DNA of 64,000 nucleotides, taken from assembly GCA_963827655.1 (NCBI GenBank), contig CAWHCF010000038.1:153445-217444 (forward strand). The letters run 5' to 3'. The notes under the pieces were generated by a model that ran no database searches, had not been told where the DNA came from, and saw only the letters and a program-made list of their open reading frames with translations. A program made the position numbers and the translations under genes. Source of the stretch: an uncultured Acidobacteriota bacterium (GTDB lineage Bacteria; Acidobacteriota; UBA6911). Positions 10,040-20,276 of this stretch are shown here, piece after piece (positions within the stretch are counted from its first letter, which is position 1; the number at the start of each line of letters is the position of its first letter).

Positions 10040-11058
10040 GTGACTTATTCTCGTCTTTCGGAGGGCGCTACGATCCGCGACTTGCCTCGTATCCACCTGG
10101 CTTACCTTCCCACGCCCGTGGACTTCCTTTCACGTCTCAGCGGCGCATTGCGGGGTCCTCGCATCTTCATCAAGCGCGATGATCTCACGGGCCTGGCGGA
10201 GGGGGGAAACAAGACCCGAAAACTCGAATATCTGCTGGCCGAGGCGAAGGCGCAAGACGCCGATACCCTGGTCACGCTGGGTGCGCGACAATCAAACCAC
10301 TGCCGGCAGACTGCGGCGGCGGCCGCCAGATGCGGCCTCAGGTGTATTCTCGTTCTGCGCGGCGACCCGCCGGCGGCAGCACCGGCAATCTGCTGCTCGA
10401 TCGCTTGTTGGGCGCCGAGGTGCTCTGGTCCGGCAGCCGCCCGCGTGAGACGGTGATGGACGAAGTCGTCGCGCGCGAACAGGCGTCGGGACGGCGGCCT
10501 TACGCTATTCCTCTGGGGGGGTCCAGCTCGCTCGGGGCCGCGGCATACGCAATCGCGATGGGCGAGGTGAAGGACCAGATGGCCTCGCTCGAGAATCAGC
10601 AGGTCGCCCGATTCGATCGGATCATCTTTGCGTCGAGTTCGGGCGGCACGCATGGCGGGCTTGTCGCCGGGGCGTACTTGACCGGCTTTGAAGGCGAGAT
10701 TCTTGGAATCAGCATTGACCAGGAGCTTGCCGAACTTAAAGAGGCCGTCTCGCGCATCGCGACCGGCGTGGCCGGCTTGCTCGCCCAGCCGCGCGCGTTC
10801 GCGGCGCGCGAGATCTCCGCCAGCGCCGACTACCGGGGTGAGGGATATGGAGTCATGGGCAAGCCCGAGCGCGAGGCCATTTCATTGTTTGCCCGGCTCG
10901 AGGGTGTTTTATTGGATCCGGTTTACACCGGGCGCGCGGCTGCCGGCATGATCGATCTTATTCGCCGGCGAGTAATCGGCCCCGAGGAGACGATTCTCTT
11001 CTGGCACACCGGCGGAACCCCGGCTCTCTGGGCGTACGAGCGCGAGTTACTCGCTTAG
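10040..11058 (+). CDS. D-cysteine desulfhydrase/ACC deaminase family PLP enzyme, frameshifted near 10375
   Basis: KRDDLTG...[10 protein letters not shown] and QSNH in the first frame; [24 protein letters not shown] and FWHTGG in the second. Confidence 0.85.
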
Positions 11059-11102
11059 CTGTCTTCGCGTCTTCGCGGTAAGTAGGTTAGACTCCTTGGA
11101 TC

Positions 11103-12104
11103 ATGCGATCCATGGTTCTGGAAACTCCGGCCAAGATCGAGGAACAACCCTTGAAGGCGCGGGAATACCGGGTTCCGGAGCCGCAGGGAGATGAAATACG
11201 AATTCGGGTGAACGCGTGCGGGCTCTGCCACACCGACCTGCACACGGTCGAGGGGGATCTGGCGCTGCCCAGATTGCCGGTTATTCCCGGACACCAGATC
11301 GTGGGTGTCGTCGAGGCTCTTGGCCCCGATGCTGCCGGGTTTCGTGAAGGCGATCGAGCAGGCGTTCCCTGGCTCCACAAGACCTGCGGCAGGTGCTATT
11401 TTTGCCTCAGGGGACGTGAGAACTTGTGCGAACGGGCGCAGTTCACCGGCTTGCACGCCGACGGGGGGTACGCCGACTACGTTGTAGTGCCGCACGATTT
11501 CGCTTATCCTCTGCCCGGCGCATTTTCGGACTTGGCAGCAGCCCCCTTGCTTTGCGCCGGCATCATAGGTTACCGCGCGCTGCGCCTGAGCGAAGTCCGT
11601 CGCGGGGAAAGACTCGGACTTTACGGGTTTGGAGGTTCCGCCCATATTGCCATCCAGGTGGCGAGGCACTGGGGTTGTGAGGTCTACGTCTTCACCCGCA
11701 GCCAGGAGCACCGCGGGCTTGCGCGTGCTCTCGGAGCATCCTGGACCGGCGGCGCTGATGAAGAGCCGCCGGGGGCGCTCGACAGCGCCATCATTTTCGC
11801 ACCGGCGGGGAATCTCGTCCCAGAGGCCCTGCGTGTCTTGCGCCCCGGGGGAATGATAGCGCTGGCCGGCATCTACATGAGTCCTATTCCGGAGCTGGAT
11901 TATCATTCTATCTATCACGAGAAGGCGATCCGAAGCGTCGCTAACAGTACCAGGCAGGACGCCCGCGAGCTTCTGGAGCTGGCGTGCGAAATTCCGATAC
12001 GCACCGAAGTAGAAACGTTCGCGCTTGTCGAGGCGAACGAGGCTTTACTACGATTGAAGCAGAGCCGCATCCGGGGCGCCGGCGTCTTGACCATGACCCA
12101 GTAG
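11103..12104 (+). CDS. Zinc-dependent alcohol dehydrogenase family protein
   Basis: CGLCHTDLH, GHQIVG, CGRCYFC...C structural zinc site, GLYGFGGSAH. Confidence 0.92.
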   Translation: MRSMVLETPAKIEEQPLKAREYRVPEPQGDEIRIRVNACGLCHTDLHTVEGDLALPRLPVIPGHQIVGVVEALGPDAAGFREGDRAGVPWLHKTCGRCYFCLRGRENLCERAQFTGLHADGGYADYVVVPHDFAYPLPGAFSDLAAAPLLCAGIIGYRALRLSEVRRGERLGLYGFGGSAHIAIQVARHWGCEVYVFTRSQEHRGLARALGASWTGGADEEPPGALDSAIIFAPAGNLVPEALRVLRPGGMIALAGIYMSPIPELDYHSIYHEKAIRSVANSTRQDARELLELACEIPIRTEVETFALVEANEALLRLKQSRIRGAGVLTMTQ

Positions 12105-12165
12105 GTCCGGCGAGAAAAGGATACCGCTAAGACGCAAAGGCTCGAGGAAGAGAAGCTGGAGAGTC

Positions 12166-13617
12166 ATGAAACTGAGGTTTCTTCTTTATGGATTCGTCGG
12201 CCTGGCTGCTCTATTCGTCGCGGTCATGGCCTATCTGGTGTATTTCGGTGATGCCCCGGATGGCGCGGGCCTGTTTGACTCCGGAGGCATCGCTCAGCAG
12301 CTCGGGGGGGGATCCAGGACGGTCTCCGGCAAGCGTGGAAAACTGACGATCGCCTACACCGGCGACATCACAGGAAGCCTGGATCCGTGCGGCTGAACCG
12401 AGCCCGCCATGGGCGGAATGGCCCGGAGGGCCACTGCAATTAAAGACTACAGGCGACAGCATCCGGATCGACCTTTGCTGCTGGTTGAAACCGGGAATGC
12501 CATGAAACAGGGAGATAACCTGGATGATCCGGCCAGCCGGTGGGTGGTCGAGGCCCTCCACGCCCTGGGAAGTCACGCCGTCAACACCACAGTTGGCGAT
12601 TTGCGCAGGCTGAACCGGCTAGCCGAGCTGGGCCAGGTCCCGCGTGAACTGCGAACCACATATCTCGCGACCGCGATACAGCCTGCGTCCGCCAAGCATT
12701 TTCCCATCAAGCCTTATCTCGTCCAGTCGCTGCGGGCCGCGCAGGGGAACGAGGAAGTCCGCGCGGGCATCCTCGCGGTAAGCTCCGGCAACGAGGAGGC
12801 CTCCGGTGTCGGGCAAATCATTAACACGGATGAAGCACTGCGGCGCCATCTGCCGGAAGTGGCGGCGCAGTCGGATATTGTCGTCCTTCTGACCCGAGCC
12901 TCGGACCGGGAACTGGGAAGACTGGGACAGATGTTTCCAGCGATCGATGTGATCATCAACGGCAGCGCACATGGAGAAGGGCGCGAATTCGAAAGGAAGG
13001 GCGGGACCGTCATGGTGGAGTCCGCTCACGGCGGCGTCGGGCTGGGCGTCTTGGAGCTCGAATGGGATGTCTCCGGAAGCATCGAAAAATCCAGCAATCA
13101 TATCATTCCGCTGCCGCCACCCATGCCGGATGATCCCGAGATAGTCGCTCTAGCCCGGAAGGCCCATCTGGAATCGATCGATTATCTCGAGGAGGAGGCA
13201 AAGCGAAGCCCTCCCGTGACCGTTCCTTCCATGTTTGCCGGTGCGGGCGCCTGCAAGGACTGCCATGCAGCCGCCTTTCGGGTTTGGAAGAAGAGCGGGC
13301 ATGCCCACGCGATCGATACGCTCAAGCGGACCCGCGACCACTTCAATCCGGCCTGTCTGGAGTGTCACGTCACGGGATTTGCCGACCGGGTCGGAGGATT
13401 CGTCAATATACTGCGCACGCCTGAACTGGCCGACGTCCAGTGCGAAGCGTGTCATGGGCCGTCCGTCAAGCATTCTCAGAATCCCCAAGATTTTCACCCC
13501 AGCCCGGCCGAGCACATGCGCAAGAGAGTAAGGAAGGAGTTCTGCCTGCGCTGCCACACGTCGGAAAACTCGCCTGGTTTCAATTACGAGACCTATTGGC
13601 CAAAGATCCAGCATTAG
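12166..13617 (+). CDS. Putative selenoprotein: membrane-anchored UshA/5'-nucleotidase-like domain with a CGU motif fused to a tetraheme c554-like cytochrome c (483 aa if UGA is read as Sec)
   Basis: ORFs 12166-12396 and 12409-13617 are in the same frame and separated only by TGA at 12394-12396, giving GSLDPCG-U-TEPAMGGMARR; four CxxCH motifs (CKDCH, CLECH, CEACH, CLRCH); downstream hairpin. Confidence 0.8.
12419..12433 (+). promoter_or_regulatory. Candidate bacterial SECIS apical hairpin
   Basis: TGGCCC-GGA-GGGCCA; the G-starting loop begins 28 nt after the UGA. Confidence 0.6.
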
Positions 13618-13627
13618 CTCGGGGATG

Positions 13628-13674
13628 CTTAGCGTTTCTTCGTGTCCTCGTGTCTTAGGGAGCCCTTAGTGGTC
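13628..13674. repeat. 9-mer-periodic repeat array (family A)
   Basis: CTTAGCGTTTCTTCGTGTCCTCGTGTCTTAGG...TTAGTGGT. Confidence 0.7.
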
Positions 13675-13712
13675 GGTTTTTGTTCCGTCTTCTGGCAATG
13701 GAGTGCTGGCCT

Positions 13713-13844
13713 GGTTCGCGCGAAATAAGTCGCATTCTGCTGCGCAGCCGAGGTGCGATTCTCAGCCTGCTTAGCGAACAGAAACCGGTTCATGATTGAC
13801 CACCGACTTGCGCCAGAATGTGAAGTTATTTCTGCGCGAGCCCT
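13713..13844. mobile_element. MITE-like element with ~30-bp terminal inverted repeats (family C, copy 1)
   Basis: GGTTCGCGCGAAATAAGTCGCATTCTG...CAGAATGTGAAGTTATTTCTGCGCGAGCCCT; homologous to 40991-41152 and 53624-53856. Confidence 0.8.
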
Positions 13845-14391
13845 AAGGCTTCTTTTCCCAATCTGTCCGCAGCACGGCCATCACCAGCGTGTCGCGGTAG
13901 GCGCCGTCATGGAAGTTATCCTGGCGCAGGCGCCCTTCCAGTTGAAAGCCAACTTTCTCATAGCAACGGATGCCCCGCGGATTGTCGGCGTAAACTCGAA
14001 GGAAAACCCGGTTGAGGTTGAGGGTGCTGAACCCCCAAGCGACCAGTGTGCGGACGGCGTCGGTTCCGTAGCCCAGGTTCCAGTATTCTTTCACCCCGAT
14101 CAGAATTCCGATCTCGCCGGAGCGGTTGCGCCAGTCGATTGCGTGATAACCACACCCGCCAATATGTTCCCAGCCCTTACTTTCGGTTCCTCCGGGAAGC
14201 GCATCAATGGCCCACGCCTGCGTGTCTTCTGCCGACAGGTTTTGTTCGAACCAGCGCTCTTCTTGCTCGAGACTCAAGGGTCTGTATTGAGCCAGATGAG
14301 TGCGGACTTCAGGATCAGCGAACCAGCGGACAAATCGAGGCAGGTCATCCCGGTCGATGGGCCGCAAGCGAATATTCCTTCCAGGTATCAT
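13843..14391 (-). CDS. GNAT N-acetyltransferase (RimJ/RimL-like)
   Basis: IRLRPI, EIGILIG..YWNLGYGTDA, NPRGIRCYEKVGFQLEG. Confidence 0.88.
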   Translation of the reverse strand: MIPGRNIRLRPIDRDDLPRFVRWFADPEVRTHLAQYRPLSLEQEERWFEQNLSAEDTQAWAIDALPGGTESKGWEHIGGCGYHAIDWRNRSGEIGILIGVKEYWNLGYGTDAVRTLVAWGFSTLNLNRVFLRVYADNPRGIRCYEKVGFQLEGRLRQDNFHDGAYRDTLVMAVLRTDWEKKP

Positions 14392-14491
14392 TGCGATTCT
14401 CTTCCTTCTTGCCGTTAATCCTCATCTTACCTTACTTTCTGCGGACTGCCTGAATTGCCGTTGTGGTATAGGTAGGGTTACCGAGGTGCAT

Positions 14492-16106
14492 GTGGGGACC
14501 AATCGCCAGGCATGGATGCAATTGCTCGATAGCTATGTTCGCGACGAGCAAGTCCTGTTCCAGGGAGGAGGAGCGCAGAATATCGAGAAGCAGCATGCCA
14601 AGGGACGACTGACTGCCCGGGAGAGAATCCGCGCAGCTGATCGACCCGGGAACCGAGCTGCTCGAATTGGGACTCTTCGCCGCCTTCGAAATGTATCAGG
14701 AATGGAGCGGGGCGCCATCGGCAGGTGTCGTAACAGGGATCGCCCCGGTCGAGGGACGCCTCTTCATGATCATCGCCAACGATGCCACGGTGAAGGCCGG
14801 GTCGTTTTTTCCGATGACGGTCAAAAAAGTTCTCAGGGCCCAGCGGGTCGCCATGGACAACCGTCTTCCCCTGATTTACCTCGTGGATTCGGCCGGCGTT
14901 TTCCTGCCGCTGCAAGACGAGATCTTCCCCGATGAAGACGACTTCGGCCGGATTTTTCGCAACAATGCGCGTATTTCTGCGCTCGGAGTGCCGCAGGTCG
15001 CGGCCATCATGGGAAACTGTGTGGCCGGCGGCGCGTACCTTCCCGTCATGTCCGACAAGATCTTGATGACCGAGGGGAGTGGTCTGTATATCGCCGGGCC
15101 ATCGCTGGTCAAGGCGGCAATCGGTCAGGACTTGAAGAGCGAGGATCTGGGCGGGGCGCGGCTGCATGCGGCCTTGAGCGGCACCATTGATTTTCGCGAG
15201 CCCGACGATGCCACGTGCCTTCGCAGGATCCGGCACATCGCTTCCCTGATGGGGAATCGACCGCGTGCCCCGTTTCATCGCGCCCCTCCTCGCGATCCGG
15301 CCCATTCCAGCGACGAACTCTACGACTTGATGCCGGTCCATCCCTCGCGCGAATACGATATTCGTGACATCATCGGCCGGTTGGTTGACGGAAGCGAGTT
15401 TACCGAGTACAAGGCCGAGTTTGGAAGAACTCTGGTATGCGGTTATGCCCGCGTTGGGGGCTGGGCCGCCGGGATTGTGGCCAATCAGAAGACCCACATC
15501 CGGGAACCAGGGAGACCCTTCGAGGTTGGAGGGGTGATCTACACCGAAGCCGCAGACAAGGCCGCCCGTTTCATCATGGATTGCAATGAAAACCTCGTCC
15601 CTCTGATTTTCCTTCACGACGTCAATGGCTTCATGGTCGGGCGAGATGCCGAGATTTCCGGGATCATCAAATCGGGCGCCAAGATGGTCAATGTGGTGTC
15701 GAACAGCGTCGTGCCCAAGATTACCTTGATACTGGGTGGAAGTTATGGCGCCGGACATTACGCCTTGTGTGGCAAGGCCTACGATCCCCGGTTTGTTTTC
15801 GCCTGGCCTACGGCCCGTTATGCGGTCATGGCCGGCGCCTCGGCCGCCCGCACCCTGGCTGACGTCCGCGTGCGACAGGAGGAGAAAGCAGGGAAAAAAC
15901 TGTCGGTCGAGGAACGGGACAAGATACTTCGAAGTGTCGAAGCGCAGTATGACTCCACCCTGGACCCGCGTTACGCTGCCTCCAGGCTCTGGATTGACAA
16001 GATTCTCTTTCCGGCCGAGACCCGCGATGCGCTGATTCTGGCGCTCGACGTTGCGTCCCACAATCCGGAAGTTGAGCCCTTCCGCACGGGAGTCTTGCAA
16101 GTGTGA
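14492..16106 (+). CDS. Acyl-CoA carboxylase carboxyltransferase (methylcrotonyl-CoA carboxylase beta-like), frameshifted near 14630
   Basis: QGGG..IEKQHAKGRLTARERI in one frame; ANDATVKAG, LVDSAGVFLP, GNCVAGGAY and GGSYGAG in the next; start approximate. Confidence 0.85.
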
Positions 16107-16117
16107 CGTGGTGACCG

Positions 16118-16160
16118 TTGGTGTTTCTTCGTGTCTTTGTGCCCTCGTGGTATTTGTTTT
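16118..16160. repeat. 9-mer-periodic repeat array (family A)
   Basis: TTGGTGTTTCTTCGTGTCTTTGTGCCCTCGTGGTATTTGTTTTG between convergent genes. Confidence 0.75.
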
Positions 16161-16172
16161 GCAGCTCGCCTG

Positions 16173-17414
16173 CTATTTCCTGAAGACGCGTTGAGCCGCA
16201 AGCCAGACGACGCCCGGCAAGGCGAAGTAGATTCCGAGCAGACTTGCCACGGTTCTCGGACTGAATCCCACGACGTCGAGCCAGTATCCGGTGAAATAGT
16301 TGGATAATGCAATTCCAAGGGTCAGAAGGGCAAACTCAGCGGCGAACACCCGACCACGAAATTCGTCGGGAACCTCGAGTTGAAGCATCACGGTCGAAAA
16401 AACCCAGGTGACGCTCCCTCCCATGTGAGCGAATATCAGGGCCAGGGCGGCTAAAGGAAGCGAGGGCGCCTGGCCGAACGACAGATAAAACAGACTCCCC
16501 ATAAAGAATCCGACTGCGATCGCGTTTCTCATCGAAGCGGGCCTTTCTCCTGCCAACCGCCGGGCTGCGATCGGGCCCAATGCGGTTCCAAATCCGCGAG
16601 AGGCATAGAGCACCCCTATTCCTGCGGCCCCGCTTCCCATGACCGGGAAGATCTTTTCCCCGAAAACGCTCAGCACGAGCAGAATCCCCCCGCCCAAACC
16701 CCAGCCCATTTTGACCAGGAGCAGGGCCAAGACGGGGGGATGAGCTAGCAGGTAGCGGAATCCATCCTGAATATCCCGCGTGGTCGCTTGGACCAACCCC
16801 ATTCCTGTTGCTGGGCGCCGTTCCGCTGCGCCGGGACGGGTTGGATTGCTCACGCGGCTGATGAAAAGCGCGGAGATGACGAAGGAAACCGAGTTGAGGA
16901 CATAGCAAACCTGGCGCCCGAAGATTGCAGCTACAAACCCGCCTACAGCAGCCCCGATGGTTAACATTGCCGACCATGTGGCACTGCTGATGGCGTTAGC
17001 CGCTACCAGCTCGCGCGGGCGGCATATACTTGGCACCAGCGCAGTCCGGGCCGGCTCGAATACCGTCAGGATGGCAACTTCGAGCGTAGCCGTCAGGTAG
17101 ACGATCCATATCTGATGCGCCTGATGAACCAGGAGGTAGCCGAGCACCAGGACCGCTCTTAGAGCGTCCATCCAGATCATCAAACGCTTCCGGTCGAGCC
17201 GGTCGATCAGGAGGCCGGCGACAGGCCCCACTATTACCGAAGGCAGATGGATGATGATGAGGAACCAGCCTACCGACTGGGCACGATTCGTCAGCTGCAG
17301 GAGCAGATTGAAGAGAGCGATGATGCTGAACCAGTCGCCCAGCTCGCTGACGACCTGCCCCAACCACAGATTGCGGAAGTCTCGATTCGAACGCAGGAGC
17401 TCCAGGTACCCCAC
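16173..17414 (-). CDS. MFS transporter (H+ antiporter-like)
   Basis: FRNLWLGQVVSELGDW, DRLDRKRLM, VPDEFRGRVF; about 12 TM segments; GTG at 17414 preferred because the longer ORF runs through heptamer repeats. Confidence 0.88.
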   Translation of the reverse strand: MGYLELLRSNRDFRNLWLGQVVSELGDWFSIIALFNLLLQLTNRAQSVGWFLIIIHLPSVIVGPVAGLLIDRLDRKRLMIWMDALRAVLVLGYLLVHQAHQIWIVYLTATLEVAILTVFEPARTALVPSICRPRELVAANAISSATWSAMLTIGAAVGGFVAAIFGRQVCYVLNSVSFVISALFISRVSNPTRPGAAERRPATGMGLVQATTRDIQDGFRYLLAHPPVLALLLVKMGWGLGGGILLVLSVFGEKIFPVMGSGAAGIGVLYASRGFGTALGPIAARRLAGERPASMRNAIAVGFFMGSLFYLSFGQAPSLPLAALALIFAHMGGSVTWVFSTVMLQLEVPDEFRGRVFAAEFALLTLGIALSNYFTGYWLDVVGFSPRTVASLLGIYFALPGVVWLAAQRVFRK

Positions 17415-17424
17415 CCGGCCATTC

Positions 17425-17678
17425 GATTGCGGATTGTTTCGATTGCGGATTGCGGATTTCAGATTGCGGATTGTTCCGATTGCCGATTTCCTCTTTTGGA
17501 ATTCGAGAACCCATCCATGCTCCGTCTTTTTCAAATCCGTCGTCCGAAATCGGTATAATCTCCAGTTGCCTGCGATTGCAGGGTGATCCGATTGAGGATT
17601 ATCTCCTCTGAAATTCGAGAATCTATCGATGTACGGTTTTTTTCAATCTGCAATCCGCAATCTGCAATCTGCAATCGA
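17425..17678. repeat. Inverted 7-mer tandem arrays (GATTGCG)n ... (CAATCTG)n enclosing an imperfect ~55-bp direct repeat (family B)
   Basis: Arrays at ~17425-17490 and ~17644-17678; GAATTCGAGAA-containing units at ~17485-17540 and ~17597-17650. Confidence 0.75.
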
Positions 17679-17692
17679 GAGGGGGGGCTTCA

Positions 17693-18730
17693 ATGAGATG
17701 CTTGCTTTCTGCCGTTATTCTTTCGCTTTTTGTTCTGGGTTTTGCCTCGAGCGATACTGTTGAACCTCTTCCTGGTGAAAAACACCTCGCGAACATTCGA
17801 CAGTTGACTTCTGGAGGAGAAAACGCGGAAGCCTACTTTTCCTTCGATCAAGCCAGGCTGATCTTTCAGTCCACGCGCCCTCCGTACGGTTGTGACCAGA
17901 TTTTTACCATGAAGCTTGATGGAAGCAATACCCGCCTGGTGTCTACCGGCAAAGGGAGGACCACCTGCGGATATTTTTTGCCCGGCGACACCCACATACT
18001 CTTTTCCTCCACCCACGAAGGGAGTCCGGATTGCCCGCCCAGGCCCGACATGAGCCGGGGTTACGTGTGGGCGCTTTACCAGGATTTCGACATCTATACC
18101 GCAAAGGCCGATGGGAGCGAACTCAAGCCGCTCACGCGAACTCCAGGCTATGACGCGGAAGCGACAGTATCCCCCGATGGTAAACGGATCGTGTTTACCT
18201 CAGTGCGCGACGGGGATCTCGAGCTTTATTCGATGACGGTCGACGGGAAAGATGTCCGTCGGCTGACCAACGAGAAAGGATATGACGGAGGCGCGTTCTA
18301 CTCGCCCGACAGCCGGCAGATTGTCTATCGCGCTCATCATCCTTCGCAGCCGAAAGATGTCGAGCGGTACGAAAAACTTCTGCTTCAGGCGTTGATCGAA
18401 CCTCGAGCGCTGGAAATCATGGTCATGGCCGCTGACGGTTCCAATAAGCGGCAGGTTACCTCCAACGGAAAAGCAAATTTTGCTCCTTATTTTCATCCTG
18501 ACGGCAAGCACATCATCTTCGCCTCAAATCTACATGACCCGGGCGGCCGAAACTTCGATATCTACCTGGTGGGTGTGGACGGCAGCGGGCTCGAGCGAGT
18601 GACATTTAACGATACATTTGACGGGTTTCCGATCTTCAGTAAAGACGGATCGAAACTGGTCTTCGCTTCCAACCGTGGCAGCAAGCAGGCCGGCGAAACC
18701 AACATTTTTATCGCCGACTGGAAACCGTAA
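17693..18730 (+). CDS. Exported TolB-like beta-propeller (PD40 repeats)
   Basis: Signal peptide; GENAEAYFSFD, YDAEATVSPDGK, YDGGAFYSPD, FAPYFHPDGK, FDGFPIFS repeats. Confidence 0.85.
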   Translation: MRCLLSAVILSLFVLGFASSDTVEPLPGEKHLANIRQLTSGGENAEAYFSFDQARLIFQSTRPPYGCDQIFTMKLDGSNTRLVSTGKGRTTCGYFLPGDTHILFSSTHEGSPDCPPRPDMSRGYVWALYQDFDIYTAKADGSELKPLTRTPGYDAEATVSPDGKRIVFTSVRDGDLELYSMTVDGKDVRRLTNEKGYDGGAFYSPDSRQIVYRAHHPSQPKDVERYEKLLLQALIEPRALEIMVMAADGSNKRQVTSNGKANFAPYFHPDGKHIIFASNLHDPGGRNFDIYLVGVDGSGLERVTFNDTFDGFPIFSKDGSKLVFASNRGSKQAGETNIFIADWKP

Positions 18731-18837
18731 CGATTGACGATTTACGATTGACGATTGACGATTGCAACTCCGGCACGGTATTTCAATCGCGATTGAATGC
18801 GCAGGATCGTCAATCGTCAATCGTCAATCGTAAATCG
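18731..18837. repeat. Inverted 7-mer arrays (GATTGAC)n/(GTCAATC)n between convergent genes; possible terminator-like hairpin
   Basis: CGATTGACGATTTACGATTGACGATTGACGATTGC ... ATCGTCAATCGTCAATCGTCAATCGTAAATCG; the array supplies the SDR stop codon. Confidence 0.8.
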
Positions 18838-19618
18838 GAAGTCGGCTTTGCATCATTCGTTTGGCGGCCTTCGTAACCAGGTTGCGCGGCGCCAGCCAGG
18901 TGCCAAAAACCTGAAGCTTATTGCCCCATCCGGTGATACTGATCCGCTTTCCACGCTCGAAATCTTCCAGCCCGATACGCACACATTCTTCGGCGGTCAT
19001 TGCAATCCGCGTCCGCATGGCGTCCTGCCTTACGCCGGCTACGGCCTGGAACTCACTCTCGGTGGGACCAGGACAGAGCGCCATCACCCGAACGCCGTGA
19101 GGGGCGAGTTCTTCGGCGAGCCCTTCGGTGAAGCTCAAGACATAGGCTTTGGTTGCAGAGTAGACATTCAGGTAGGGAACCGCCTGGAAGGCCGCGGTGG
19201 AAGCGACGTTGATGAGACCCCCGGATCGCTTCCGGCTCATTATTCTGGCGGCTGAATGGGAAATCTCAGTCAAAGCCGTGATATTCAGCCCGATCATGCC
19301 GGTTAGTCGCTCCAGGGGGCCGGTCCAGGTCGGGCCTATCAGGCCGAACCCAGCGTTGTTCACGGCAAGGGCAAGCCGGTCTTCGGATGCCTCCATCCGC
19401 GACGTCAGCGTTTTTCGTTCAGCCGGCAGCGTCAGATCAAGCGCCAGCACGTCGGCTTGTTTACCCATCGTCGAGTCTATCTCGGAGGCCAGGGCGCGCA
19501 GCCTGTCCGCCCGTCGCGCTACCAGCAACAGGTCATAACCGCGCCCGGCGAGTTGCCTGGCTAATTCCCAACCGATACCTGATGAAGCGCCCGTCACGAC
19601 TGCAAGCTTTTTAGACAT
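18824..19618 (-). CDS. Short-chain dehydrogenase/reductase
   Basis: TGASSGIG, NNAGFG, YSATK. Confidence 0.92.
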   Translation of the reverse strand: MSKKLAVVTGASSGIGWELARQLAGRGYDLLLVARRADRLRALASEIDSTMGKQADVLALDLTLPAERKTLTSRMEASEDRLALAVNNAGFGLIGPTWTGPLERLTGMIGLNITALTEISHSAARIMSRKRSGGLINVASTAAFQAVPYLNVYSATKAYVLSFTEGLAEELAPHGVRVMALCPGPTESEFQAVAGVRQDAMRTRIAMTAEECVRIGLEDFERGKRISITGWGNKLQVFGTWLAPRNLVTKAAKRMMQSRLPIYD

Positions 19619-19671
19619 GGACTCAGGATTAAACGCTAGACACGAAGACGCAAAGGAAATTTTGCGGTTGT

Positions 19672-20127
19672 TCAGAATGGTTTCCAGAGCGAGAAAATGA
19701 TCACGAACAGAAATGAGAGCAGGGTGACGGAGCCGATCACACTATGGTTTGCTTTCAGCGAGCTGAGGCGATCGCTGTCCTGGCTGCCGCACTGATCTCT
19801 CAAGGTCGAGATGTGAGTAGCGTTGCGAGACATCAGATGAGTGGCCAGCGCTATCCAGAAAACGAACAGAATCTTGAACTGCAGCCATCCTTGATCGAGC
19901 AAGTCCGGATCAATCAACCAGACCAGGACGACTCCGGTCACGATCGACAGGTAAATGCCCGGTTTTTGGATAAGCGTCAGGATTGAGCCGGCGCAGCGCT
20001 CGGCCCCGACCCGTTCTCGCAAATCCTCGGACTTCCGGTATCTTGCCAGCAGGACGAGCTGGCAAAGCAGTCCACCCATTCCCAGGGCCAATCCGATAAG
20101 GTGCAACATCAGCACAAGTCGAATCAA
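19672..20127 (-). CDS. Four-TM membrane protein (DUF2269/CopD-like)
   Basis: Four hydrophobic segments; LHLIG at the N-terminus, GWLQFK, C-terminal WKPF. Confidence 0.6.
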   Translation of the reverse strand: MIRLVLMLHLIGLALGMGGLLCQLVLLARYRKSEDLRERVGAERCAGSILTLIQKPGIYLSIVTGVVLVWLIDPDLLDQGWLQFKILFVFWIALATHLMSRNATHISTLRDQCGSQDSDRLSSLKANHSVIGSVTLLSFLFVIIFSLWKPF

Positions 20128-20276
20128 ACCGACACCGTTGGAATTGACGATTTACGATTTACGATTGACGATTGAACCTACATGGATCCATGGTTAGCTG
20201 GCAATCGTCAATCGAGATAGCTGATGCCGGAAAACTCCGATAATATAGCCTCGCGTTCTGCCCGTCATAGTGGAGT
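19946..20276. repeat. Long direct repeat, copy 1 (331 bp), left boundary of the island
   Basis: Matches 33766-34097 except for about three small differences; contains the 5' half of the membrane gene, the divergent intergenic region with 7-mer arrays and the first 7 nt of dinB. Confidence 0.95.

Noticed and set aside
10360-14650. Programmed ribosomal frameshifting in the desulfhydrase and carboxyltransferase genes
   Set aside because: No slippery heptamer at the junctions and no precedent known to me in these families; sequencing indels are simpler.
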